This document shows, one piece after another, positions 24,520-36,460 of a stretch of 64,000 bases of DNA. The stretch is from NCBI GenBank assembly GCA_964270895.1, contig OZ185435.1; one strand, written 5' to 3'. This DNA is from Podarcis filfolensis. Taxonomy: Eukaryota. A program made the position numbers and the translations under genes. The notes beneath the pieces are model-generated. The model was not told the origin of the DNA. It was given only the letters and a program-made list of their open reading frames with translations, and searched no databases. How positions within the stretch are numbered: the stretch's first letter is position 1; each line of letters opens with the position of its first letter.

Positions 24520-24670
24520 ATTATAAAAAAAATTTCTATGAGGTAGGCCGCTGTTTGTTTTTCACAGATGGGGAAGTAAGGTTGAAAAGATGCATTTCGC
24601 GAGGAGGTTATGCCAAAAGGGATTTTGAACCTGGAGTTTCAGATGGAAATTCATCAGTCTGTGCACTGGT
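24520..24670 (-). mobile_element. MIR/CORE-SINE remnant
   Basis: TATGAGGTAGG...TTTTCACAGATGGGGAAGTAAGG...GGATTTTGAACCTGG. Confidence 0.6.
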
Positions 24671-24756
24671 CCAGACTGGGAAGAAACACTTGCTCTTAAG
24701 TCATATGAATTACTTTGCTGGATCAGGCCACCAGCTGAGCATTCTGTTTCCAAAAG

Positions 24757-24792
24757 CATCCAATCAAATTCCTTTGGAAGCAGAACATGAAG
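24757..24792 (+). CDS. Candidate 36-nt cassette exon (phase 1-1: xSNQIPLEAEHE)
   Basis: Acceptor CATTCTGTTTCCAAAAG, donor AAG|GTAATA, open frame. Confidence 0.25.
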
Positions 24793-26067
24793 GTAATAGC
24801 CACCCCTTCTTATTTGGTCCTGGTAACTGTTGGTAAAAGTTCCATTTAGTTATAGCCACTGCATCATGAATGTAAATTACGAACCTTGCTCAAATCTGGG
24901 AAGTATTTAGAGTGTTGGTCATTCGCAGATATTATGATTGAGCATAGGAGTGTAAATGAAGGACATGCCACAGCAGTTGGTGATAGATGGCACCCAGAAT
25001 CTCATATCCAGAACAATCTTTTGAAGTGCAAGGCATAGCTTGCCCTTGGGAACTGAACATCACTGGTGGCTATACAGATTGTCTACATTGGTGCACTTCT
25101 TAGAAAACAGAGACCCATGAATTGCAATAATGGGTTTGCATTTTTTGTTAGTTAGCTTCCAACCTTTGTAAGGTTAATAAAACACTCTACAGATATGTCC
25201 TTCACAATCAAATACGAAAAAGATTGTGCCTATTATTTTTGAAGTACTTTGCATGTTTTAAGCTTCAGATTTCAATAACAAATACAGAAAAGATAGTCTA
25301 GTTGGAAAAAACCCCCAAGAAATTCTGGAAAATACTAGAATTGTATAGATGGAAAGATATACGTTGTCATCTGGATCAATTTCCTTTTAACTAGTATGTC
25401 AAAATTAGTGCAACAAATTAGAAAAGCAGGAAGTAATAAATCCAGAACACACCAAAGATTTGCCCTGCAGGGCAAGTGTCTCCAGATGTTTCAAGCAAGC
25501 TCAATTGAACATTGTGCTTTTCGAATTGGGGTGCTTGAGGAGAATGCAAGAGCTGTTGCTATTTTGTTTCTTGTTCTTGAATTAAGCCAGCTCAGCCATT
25601 TACTGTGCCAGCAATTCGTACCTGGCTCTCATTCAAAATTCATCCCATGCAGGATTTTCTTAACCCTCCCTCTGCGAACTCACTAGACTTTCAGACGTAT
25701 CTGACACTAAGAACTCCTTTAGATGGTGTCTGTCACTGTACATGCCATTTCTACATCCGCAGCGTCTTTCTGTGTGCTATTTATTGTTCAGTGGCACTAT
25801 AATTATCAAAAGCCTTCGTGACAAATTTGTGCTGAACTGGAGTACTCAAAATCCAGGGATTGCTGCAGAAAGTGAAAGCTCCCTGATTGTATACTGGATG
25901 ACAAGAAAACAAAGGCAACACACTTGAAACTGCACTTTGAATTTTGGGACTGCAAGAGAGAACAGTGGTTAACATTGGAACTTCAGAGTCAAGTTATACT
26001 CAGTTCTTTGGCTCCCTTTCCCTTTTTGTTGTCCTTAATGTGGGAAAATTACTAATTTTAAATTATT

Positions 26068-26180
26068 GGGAAAGGCCATAACTCAGTAGTAGAACACGTG
26101 CAAAAAGTTCTAGATTCAATCCTTAGCATTTAAGCTTAGACTACAAAAATAACTTGTATGAAACCATGGAAAGCTGCTGC
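26068..26180 (+). mobile_element. tRNA-headed SINE remnant
   Basis: GGCCATAACTCAGTAGTAGAACAC A-box-like head; homologous to 52809-52945. Confidence 0.55.
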
Positions 26181-28544
26181 TGGACAGGGCTGGGATACTT
26201 AGGCCAGGGGCCAAATGCAGGCCTTTGGGCTTCTCTATCTGGTGCTCAGAACTCTCCCTAGGCTACACCTCTTCTTCTTAGACCACACCCCTCACTGGCC
26301 CTGCTTTTCACCCCAAGTGCCTTAGCCTGGAACTTACTTGTCCAGATGGGGAATAGAGAGGTGTGTGCGGAAATTGCCTGTTGTATGAAAGTATCATTTG
26401 TACTTGTTGCTCCTCACACTTCTGCCACTGGCTTTGTCCACCACTGCCAAGAGCTCCTCAGAAGGCTGTCCCAAAGGAAATATGGCCTTTGGTCTGGAAA
26501 AGTTTCCCCAATCCTGATGAAGACAGTATTGAGCTGGCCAAAGCAAAGGTCTGACCTAGTGTGAGGTAAGCTATCTGTCTTCCCACTGAATCAGGGCATG
26601 ACATGGTGGGATCCCAAAAGTTTACTGACTTGGACTTTTGGCCTAATTTTATTTCTCATTTTACTGGCACAGATCTGCAATCTATCATATTGCCTTATCA
26701 CCTGTTTTAAACTACTTTTCTTTTTGTGGACTGAAATCACCCGAAACAGGGTTAACGGTGAACATATTTATGCAGCTGTCAGCAAGCAAGCATCCTTCAT
26801 GTACCGCATGCATTTTACAGCATACAAAAAGAGGTTCAACGTTCACCCTTTCTGCACCTGGGTTTGGCAGTGATTTACAACCCTATTAATGCTTAGCTAA
26901 TCTGGATCCAGGGAATAATGGCTGGGCACCAGCATTTGCCCCTGGGAGGCTGTCATAGATGTCCCACCTTCACCCAACCAGATGGTAGTGAACCATGCAG
27001 TGTGTTTGGGGCTATTTTTATTTACTCTTCAAATAAGCACACTGTCAGTTGTGACCCTTCAGAGAGAATGGACCTGATTGTGGTGTGGCACTTAACTTGT
27101 CATAATGCCCTTTTTTAAAACAGCATGACAATAGACTCTTGGATTGCAACCCTAAACACACTTTCCTGGGAGTACACAGTCAGCAAGTTGAGGTGAGGTG
27201 CAGGAGGACAGAGCTGTGTGTGCCACATGGTCTACCCCATGCTCTCCACACTTGGCACCTTAGGAGCAGTGGAGCACCCACCAGTGACATAAGATGAATC
27301 TCCCAGTATAGCCTCCTTCTGTCTGGAACAGACTGAGAGGGGGATCATCTTGTGTTTTGTCTTAGGCAGCAACATGCTTTGGGCTGGCCCTGCTGCTTTC
27401 CAATCATGTGAGCTATACAAAAAGGCTTTTTGTGCTGAACGATCATGGCAAAGGCACTGCTTCTGATCACCCCAAGCAGCCGCCTCCTCACTGCTCTGTC
27501 ATTATTGAAGATGCCACCTTCCCCATATCAGAGGCATGAACCTCTGGAACATTTCTGACTCCATGTCTTCTTCCTCCATGTGAAAACATGATGAACCCAT
27601 GCACCCACTTCTGGAATTTTCACCAAGCTCATAAAAGTCTTTGTAGTTGCCTTTAAATGTTCAGGCTACCTGTTGCCTTGACTATTCTGCTCCCTCCCAG
27701 TCCCTCTCCCCACTTTTCATTGCCAATTCTTTACCTCTGTATCCGCCCCCCCTTATGTCCTAGTTATAGGTTATAGATAGTTAATCCTATTGGGATGACC
27801 TGTACTGTGTATGTGTCCTGTACAGCACCTAGCACATAAATATACAAAGTAGACATAGTGGTAATAATAACCTGCTAAAGTTATTCACAAAATAATAATA
27901 CCGTGTGTGTAGGGGTTGTTTTTGTTTGTTACTACATTATCAATTTTTATATTGTAAACCACCATGTGATCCTCAGATGAGGGGCAGTATAGAAATGTAA
28001 TAATAATAACGTTTAAATCCTTAGGAACACAGATTTCGCACTTGTTTCCTGAGCAGTGCACATTGAGATGAGGAAAAGCACAGACTTTAGTTGAAGCAAA
28101 ATTGCTATAGAATGAAAAGGGGGAAGGAATTATATGGGTGGGGAGGGAGAAAACAGGGGGGAAATAGATTAGAACTGTGGCTTTGTAGCTATGGTTGGAG
28201 TAACATTCATGTAATATGCCATCTTCAATTATTCATTATGCTAAAAAGATTTACAGTAACTGAAGAAAGACAGGAGCCAGGATAGAGTACGTGGAAGCAC
28301 TGTGTGCTGCAGTGTACAGGAACTGAACTCCTTATGGGGACAATTACGCTTTCCTGCTTAATGGAGATCTTATCAAAAGTGCTGTGGCTATGATCTGTGT
28401 GTAACCCATAGATGCCTCCACATGATTTTTCTCCTATTTATATATAAGTCCTTTGGTATATGAAATGAAGGAATTAATATTTTAGGAGGTAGACTTTCTC
28501 TGAAATGGTCGTATGTGCTGCTGTTGTATGCACAGAGCTCAAGC

Positions 28545-28551
28545 ACACACG

Positions 28552-28606
<55 letters not shown>
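28545..28606. repeat. (AC)n(AG)n compound microsatellite
   Basis: Directly visible. Confidence 0.97.
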
Positions 28607-28609
<3 letters not shown>

Positions 28610-28770
28610 CAAAGAGGTTCTATTGTAATGCCCAAGAATGAAGATGTGTTGTATCAACACACTTCCTTGACAGGAAATTATTGCCCCAATCCTCTTGATT
28701 GGCTTCAGCACCACCTTGCTGAAATGCTGTCCAGTTGCCCTAGAAAAATCCTTTCTTTTCCTTCTGACAG

Positions 28771-28869
28771 TGGCCTGCACAGCTTTGGATAAGTATTCAC
28801 AGCACCTATCAGGCCAAAAAGACCTCAGCCAAGAAGAGAAGAGGACAGAAGATGACCCTTGTCTGTTAG
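28771..28869 (+). CDS. Candidate 99-nt cassette exon (phase 1-1: xACTALDKYSQHLSGQKDLSQEEKRTEDDPCLL)
   Basis: Strong acceptor CCTTTCTTTTCCTTCTGACAG, donor TAG|GTAAAA, purine-rich GAAGAGAAGAGGA interior, open frame. Best of the exon candidates, but the protein is not recognised. Confidence 0.4.
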   Translation, partial: WPAQLWISIHSTYQAKKTSAKKRRGQKMTLVC

Positions 28870-31800
28870 GTAAAAGTGACAAAAGGGCCTTTTGGACATC
28901 ACAGCTGTGCCACAAGGGGGCTCAGGTGGATGGCAGAGGGAAGTTGTTCCCTAGCATCAGCACTGGGATTCTCAGCACAAATATGATCAAGCTGTAAAAT
29001 CATAGAATTGTAGAGTTGGAAGTCTTATTGTTTCCTGTCTACCTACAGAACTTGGTGGTGTGTTGTTGTTTTTTAAAATCCCACCCAGTCCTTAAAGCTT
29101 GGAGCAGACTGCAATAGACATATTACTATGTTTGCAACTATGGAGTGAACGGAAGCACAAAACATAATCTTTTCAATCTGCAGTCTCTTTCTGCAATTGC
29201 CATTTGTAGTCTGTTTTGCTCCTGCTTAAATACAAAAGCAGTGTGCAAGAAAACCAAAATGTCCCATTGCTAGTTTCTGTGAATTCCCATTTACAGTGTC
29301 AGATTTGTGCCCATTCATTCTCTTATGATGGGACTGTGCAATTTATCCTGTATAAACTGCTGACCAACTGCTGTGGCATGTACCACACCAGAACACATGC
29401 TACCAAAAGAGTCCTTGATTGTATAAATAATGTTGTGGCATCCAGTAGTCTCTGCTAGAATGGACTGTGGGAACTAACTCAGCAGCACAGTCTGCTGTGG
29501 GATGTGGTTACTTGATATTAGTTTGGTGGTCTGCTGCCTAATAGAAATGGCCCTGGTGTCCTGATTCCTGTATCCCAAGCACTCTCTTGTTGTTGTACTT
29601 TTGTGAATGTCCAGGTATATGGGGCAAAGTCGTTTCCCGTAATTCTACGCTGCCTTTGGCATCATTCACTCCCTTAATCTCCAATTTGTGTCATTGCCAA
29701 TCAATCCCCACAGCAGCAGACACTGATGTCACAATCCAGGAGATTATTACCTCTAAGCAGAAATCTGGAGGAGAGTGGAGGGATTTTTCATTCGTACATA
29801 AGTATTAATTTTTAATTGGTTAGCCAGCTGAGGTAGAAGATAAACTCCAGTGACAGGCAGAACTACCTGTTTAAGGTGTAATTTTGTGTGTTCTGTAAAA
29901 ATTGTCTGTCATATTCATTTGTATCCATTAGGCTTGAGCAGCCCTGAATCTGCCTGGCTGACTCTTATGAATCTATGGTATCCCTTGATGGAAATTCAAA
30001 CCAAATTGGTATGTGAAAAACTAAACAGAAGAATCTTCCTTATGAAAGAAGAAACATTAGAATATATTTCACTCCCTCCACCCCTAATCTTAGTCATAGC
30101 ATTCTCCTGACCCCTCCCCTGGATGTGGTTACCAGCTAAGGATCATATATGCAGGTCCATGTGTTCATAATGGTAACTTCTAATACATTCCGCCATTTTT
30201 AATTCCAGTCTACTAATTTAATATTATCAATACTTCTGTATATGCCACAGATCAGGCAGACCTTCAGGGTAACATGATCTGTGGGAGAAATGTGAGTTTT
30301 TCCGTCCAAGTTATATGGGAGGAAATCTGCATATACTTACTAGGGGAAATGTGGTCTCTGTAAGTCCTCTGAGCTCTGCTGAATTCTTCAATGCAAAAAT
30401 ATATTGGATTAGAACCAAAGATAACTCTCAAAAGTTTTCACTGCCAACTGAATACCTACTTTTTCTCACAGACCTGAGTGGGGCTTTAATGCCAAGGACC
30501 TTGCTATTCTTGCTATTCTTTTTGCTGCACTTTTTTATTTATTTGTTTCATAAAAATTATACTCTACTTGATTGTTAAAAAAACAAACCCCAAATCCTCA
30601 AAGTTGGTTACAAAAAGATATTATCTTTTCTTGGTATTATGGAATAGTGAAGTTTTTGTATTGTTTTATTGTTTGCTTGTTAATGAAGGGCAGGCTGAAA
30701 ACGTATTAAATAACAATGGAAGGCAGTCTATGGAATGAAAGTTTTCTCTCCCATCCTCTGTAGACACGCCTCTCCCTTTGCCTGCAAAAAGCATCTCTGG
30801 GAACACTCATGGAGCATGGGAGCCTGCTGAGGGAGGAGAAATCCCCCTAGATTCACAATTCAGTGTGCTGTTAGTAACAATCAATAGCTAAAGGTGTGGG
30901 AAGGAGATTGCTTGCTCAAGCTGTGATGGTGTTCATTTTAAAAGTACTTTAAAGTTTGGTGAAAACTGCAATTCTGGAGAAAGACTAGGGGAAACCCCTA
31001 TTGGCTAGCAGGATTATGACTGCACCACCAGGTGCTGCTGAGAAAGTTTGCATCTATTCCGCTGGACTTTTGCTATCATTTCTGCCTCCCCCCCCCTCTT
31101 TTTTTTTTTTTTTTTGGAGATAGCTCAGCTATCACCTGTCACTGTTAGGTCCTTGAAGTGTGAAAGTTCAAGTCTTTGAAGCTGTTCTGTTTCTTCAACG
31201 ACTGTTACTCATTGGACTTTCACTGCCTATCATGTCTTTTCCAATGACTCTGCTGTCACTTTTTGTAAACTACAAAAGTATTGCTTTGACACAGAAGGCT
31301 TTCTGAGGATGAGAGGGTTGCATCCGTTTTGGGGGGTGGAAGATTGGATGGGACACCGAAGAACTATGCCTTTTCCTACCCATATCTCTAGGGATCAGTG
31401 TGGTGGTGGTGGTGGTAGGGAAGAGAAGGCAGGGAGTAGCAACCAGAAAGAGGAACAGAGACAGACTCTCCCTACCCCACGTAAATGTTTTTCAGGGCTG
31501 CAGGTGGGAGGAGGAAAACATTGTTCTCTGAACTTTTATAAATTAACTTACCTTAGGATCCAAGCTGCTAAACTGAAATGTATTGTGGCTTTATGATAGT
31601 GTGCGTAGCCGCTGTGAAAGGAGGTCAGGATTATTTATGCTCTTTCAACAATTGGTGATGTAATTTCTAAGTAGTATGGAATTTTAGCCTATCGGCAGGT
31701 GTTTTTAAAATTTGGGATTGTGTCTTCTGAAAGAAACCATCCATTGGAAATTCGAAAAAAAATTGGTAATGATTACAAAGACTCTACCTAGTGGATTGGA

Positions 31801-32004
31801 TTGCAAAGTCTTTACCTAATGGAGTGAATCAGCGACATCATTACCCAATATAAAAAAGCTTTTCCCAAGTTAGGCTCAGACTTCAATTGTATCTCGCAAA
31901 TTATGCAAAACTATGCCCAAAATGAGGCAAAGATTTTGCCTAATTCAAGTCAGTGCGCAGAAATTTCATGTGAATGTGCTGCTGATTTCATGAATGGGTA
32001 TTAT

Positions 32005-32200
32005 AGAAGTAGAAACGGTGCAGGAAAGGGGAATAAAAACTATCAGGGAGTTGGAGACCTTCCGCTTAGGCAAAAGCTTAAATATTTGAGGCCTTTTAGT
32101 TTAGGAAAAAATGTATTAAGATGGGACACAGTAAAGATTTTTAAAATTATGAGTGGAGTGGAGAAAGCAGGTGTTTTCTTCTGTTCATCACTTTAGAAAT
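32005..32200 (+). mobile_element. CR1 ORF2 C-terminal fragment
   Basis: Encodes VETVQERGIKTIRELETF plus (other frame) QKLKYLRPFSLGKNVLRWDTVKIFKIMSGVEK, a decayed CR1 EERLKxLGLFSLEKRRLRGDMIEVYKIM motif. Confidence 0.75.
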
Positions 32201-32231
32201 CAGAAATTCATTTGCAGTTCATTCCTTCTGG

Positions 32232-32508
32232 CGGTTCCCTCACTGCGAGAAGTGTGAGGTTACAGGGAACCAGGCAGAGGGCCTTCTCAGTAGTGGCACC
32301 TGCCCTGTGGAATGTTCTCCCGTCAGATATCAAGGGTATAAACAACTATCTGACTTTTAGAAGACATCTGAAGGCAGCCCTGTTTAAGGAATTTTTTAAT
32401 GCTTGATGTTTTATCGTGTTTTTAATGTTAGGATGGGAGCTGCCAAGAGTGGCTGGGGAAACCCAGCCAGATGGGCGGGGTATAATAAAGTGTTACTGTT
32501 ATTGTTAT
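32232..32508 (+). mobile_element. L2-type LINE 3' end
   Basis: ORF QGTRQRAFSVVAPALWNVLPSDIKGINNYLTFRRHLKAALFKEFFN plus 3' UTR ending GGGCGGGGTATAATAAA. Confidence 0.88.
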
Positions 32509-32611
32509 TCAGGACAAACAAAGTAGTGACAGGCATATAAGCCAAACATGATAAAAAGCACTAAAGTCACCACCTGGGACACCATGGTGATCTTTAGGTT
32601 TTTTGATTCAG

Positions 32612-32613
<2 letters not shown>

Positions 32614-32682
<69 letters not shown>
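32614..32682. repeat. (GT)n(GA)n compound microsatellite
   Basis: Directly visible. Confidence 0.97.
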
Positions 32683-32685
<3 letters not shown>

Positions 32686-32774
32686 AAGAGAGCAACAGAC
32701 ACACAAGAAAAATGCTAGTCTGTGGCAGAGGACTCATGCTTTTGTTAGTGAATGTCCTAGAGAAATTGCAAATC

Positions 32775-32975
32775 TAGCAAATCTTACATCCGGGTTTTCC
32801 TGGGCATATCTGGGAATCGGACTGTCAAAATGGCATCTGGGCAGATTTTTCCGAATCAGCAAAATGTCTCGGAAAACCCGGACGTATGGCAACTAGGGTG
32901 ATTTTTTAAAGAAAAGCCAAAAGACTTAGTTTTGGGGGAGGATATGTTCTCCAAAAAAGCTCAACAACTTCTTTC
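32775..32975. mobile_element. Rearranged remnant of the Blackjack-like hAT family
   Basis: AAAATGTCTCGGAAAACCCGGACGTATGGCAAC and AAAGCTCAACAACTT are shared with 20773-21029. Confidence 0.6.
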
Positions 32976-33759
32976 TTATTTTTTAGCTTTGATTCTTAGC
33001 AGTGTACAGATTAGTTGATGGACTGATATGAAGTGTTTATATTTATTTTTGACAGTATTTGTAGAAAATGGTGATGATCCAGCAGTCAATTTATTATTTG
33101 CATTTTGGGGTACGTGACAAGTAGCACATTGTGACATAGCAGGTCTCTGATTTGTAACAAAAGCAAACTCTGTAACCTCAACCTGACACCCCCCCAACCT
33201 GAATGTATTGTCTCTCAGATGCTTCATAGTCTAACATTTTATGTAACAGCCTCATCAAATATGCATTTGGCTGGTGCCAAAAGTTCAGAAACCATGAGTC
33301 AGTCCTTTGAGTCATCTCAATCCAATGTCACATGGACATGTCCCAGTGAAATCAACGGTACAGAGGCAAATGCTTCACTAATGCTCAAGGCGTATGTAAC
33401 GTTTTCTGGATAGTGCAAAGTTGTGTTAAGTTGTTAAATAAATAGTTTTGTTTTGACCCCTGTCTTTGTGAGACATTGCCATCACAATTGCTTAGAAGTT
33501 CCACCAAACCTCAATATCCTAAATATTTCAATAACTTCAGCTCTAAGGAAAAATCAGAAAATGCAACATCATCTTGCAATGAGGCCTAGGAATAAGAGAA
33601 ACCTCACAATCTTATGCATGTCTTCTTAGAAACAAGGTACCATTTAGTTCAGTGGGACTTAATCTTAGGTAAAATTTTATAGGATTCCAACATTAAGCAC
33701 TTTGGACCAGTAATATGCACGCTCTACACTCCTGCTATAAAGTAGTTCTTCTATCTGCA

Positions 33760-33761
<2 letters not shown>

Positions 33762-33803
<42 letters not shown>

Positions 33804-34241
33804 CAGAATTTATATACCGCCCTATACCCAGAGGCCTCAGGGTGGTTCACAGAATAAAATCAAGATATAAAACCACAAAATACCTAATAAAAATAAAAAC
33901 AATAACCCAATAGCTCCCCGCATTTTAAAAGCGTATAGGATGTCAATCAAATCAACAAAGGCTTGGTTAAAAAGGATAGTTTTGCCTGGCACCTAAAGGT
34001 GTATAATGAAGGCACCAGGCAAACTTCCCTGGGGAGAGCATTCCACAGATGGGGAGCCACTGCAGAGAAGGCCCGTTCTCATGTTGCCACCCTCCGGACC
34101 TCTCAAGGAAGAGGCACACAAAGGAGGGCCTCAGAAGATGATCTCAGGGTCTGGGTAGGTTCATGTGGAAAGAGGTAGTCCTTGAGGTATTGTGGTCCTG
34201 AGCTGTTTAAGGCTTTATAGGTCAAAAGCAGCACTTTGAAT
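33762..34241 (-). mobile_element. L2-type LINE 3' end with (ATT)n tail
   Basis: Minus ORF FKVLLLTYKALNSSGPQYLKDYLFPHEPTQTLRSSSEALLCVP; tail microsatellite at 33762-33802. Confidence 0.92.
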
Positions 34242-35820
34242 TTTTCCATTATTTGCTGCATATTTTGTATTTTAAATCTCTGCTGGGGTTCTCTCACCAA
34301 AGAGTATTTGACCCAAATTTGGGTCTTGGCATCCAGGAATTCTCCTTTTTTACCTATTTTTCCTTGAACCATTACTAACTGGGTTTAATTACACCGGATT
34401 AATTGTCAGTCCCAAATTATTGTGCTGTTCTTGTTTTGTGTATGCCACTGAAACAGTTCAGTGAGCTGTATGATTGCTTCTTTCCTGTGCCACGAGTACA
34501 GGTCTGTAGAAGGTGGCACATCTAGCCAGAGATGCTCTATGAAAGCTACTCAGCAGGTTTTCTTTCTCATACCCTTTTATACAGAAACTCAACATCCTTT
34601 CTTCTTCTTTTATTTCTCTTTTTCCACCTTTTTTAAAAAAAATCTATTGTCACACAAATTTTGCTTGAATAGATAAAGAGGTTATTCTTTATAAACAACA
34701 ACCACCACCACCACCTGCAAATTTAATCATGTTCAAATTGAGGTCTGGGGTCAGGTGGCAGGGAGAAGAACCATTTGCTTTGTGAGTGGGCCCAAGAAGG
34801 ATTCCATAGGTTGCAGATTTCACAGGTTGCATTCCCCTTCCGTGGCTAATTCAGGAAAATGCAGGCTGTGAATGGTTGACACATTCTACAAATGGGAAGG
34901 AACATCATTGGTGTGTACCCTCAGCCCCTTTAGTGCCAAACTTGTGCCTCTTTTTTCCACATAATAACTCCTCATTTCCTGTTTTGTAATGGAAATGAGT
35001 GGGAAGCTTTTGTGCTGATCTGACTCTGGTGAAAGCTATCTCAAGCAATGTGAAACATCTAGCCACCCCCACCCACCCCAAAAAAACCTGGCACAGCTAA
35101 TCAAAGGAGGGGGTAATAAAATAATGAAAAGTACAATTCAGCAAAGCTTTAAAAATTAGCACATTTTCAGATGGAAAAATTGGGTGAAATTCTTTGTTCA
35201 TTGTATCTCTAATTTGTGCTCTGTATGTATGAGGCTGAAGTTCTGTGTGCTTAGGATTAGTGGTTTTAACAAACATGTTCTCTCTGGAGGTCTGTTATCT
35301 TACACAAGCAGCTTGCTGTCTGCTTTGTGTGGCTGCATGAAATTCATCCATTGCAGCATCGCAACATTTTTACTTTTCGTTTTTTTTGGGGGGGGTTGTA
35401 ATGGTGTGAAGCAGGAGGGAGAATTCATGAGCCCCTTAGTCACAGTGAGAGAGAAGAAATAGGCCAGTACAAAAGTTGTGGCGGGCAGGTGCCCATTGTC
35501 CCATCTTCTATCTAGTCAAATTACTAATGGTCATCATCTTTGTGCCATTTGGCTATTCCTTTTTGTCCACAGAGCTCTAGGGGCAGTATTGGCTAAACAC
35601 TGCTGCTATTTTCCAGCAGATGAATCAAAGTAGGTCTGAGCCTCTAATGCTCTGCAAACCATTTTCATTTAAATTATTTCCCTGTTCTCTGAATCACACA
35701 AAATAAACCTGTTTTGACTTCCTCAATCTGTGAGCATTGAACAGGTTAAAAATGGAAACGAACTAAAAGCTCTGTTTTTCTTTGCCTGAAAAATCCACTG
35801 ATGCAGGGTGAAATTAAAGG

Positions 35821-36460
35821 CTATAAATAGCGCCTGTCCCTTCAGCTTCATCGTGCAAACCTCGGCTGTGTGCTAGGATTAGAAGAAGACAGAATGGATT
35901 TCTGTGTGGCGTCAACAAGAGCCAAGGATTATGCCCACTGTGAACATTGTATTGTTCATTTCTCACGGGCCCTTGCAGGGAAATTAAATCCTTTCTGATG
36001 CCAAAGGTGCAGGCAGCAGAGGCAGCTTTGAGCAGGACACGTGCATTGCAAAGCAATTTTGCACAGTGGCACTTGGCATCTCGCAGTGGAGCCACAGTGT
36101 TCAGCATCAGCTGCACTTTAGTACAGGCACACAGCAACGCAGCCTCGATCGCAGGAGCGTTCAGGGCTTTCCCTGCTCTAAGCTACAACTGGTATCATCA
36201 GCGATGTTCATTACTGTAGAAATGTTTCTAAGTTACTGTTCCGCTGGAGGGGAAACAACGGGGTTTCCCCCCTCCCTCAATAATTGTTTGTCTAGTACCT
36301 ATCATGGACACTGGTATTGAGAAGTCTTCACTGAGTTAACAGACCCATGCTGTTAACTGCAGGCAGAAACTCACGATCTCTAGGATTCTGCTTGAGACAA
36401 GTCTTCTGTGTTTAGTTCACAAGGGACTATTGAAGGTTGATATGACCTTACCTGGTAGGG
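35821..36460. promoter_or_regulatory. Candidate regulatory element or internal promoter (MEF2/TATA motif followed by a CpG-retaining tract)
   Basis: CTATAAATAG at 35821-35830; about 14 CpGs in the next ~440 bp, with no recognisable repeat, against a CpG-poor background. Confidence 0.45.

Noticed and set aside
28388-28915. Longest ORF in the track (175 aa, minus)
   Set aside because: Held open partly by the (CT)n/(GT)n microsatellite (SLSLSL); no recognisable domain.
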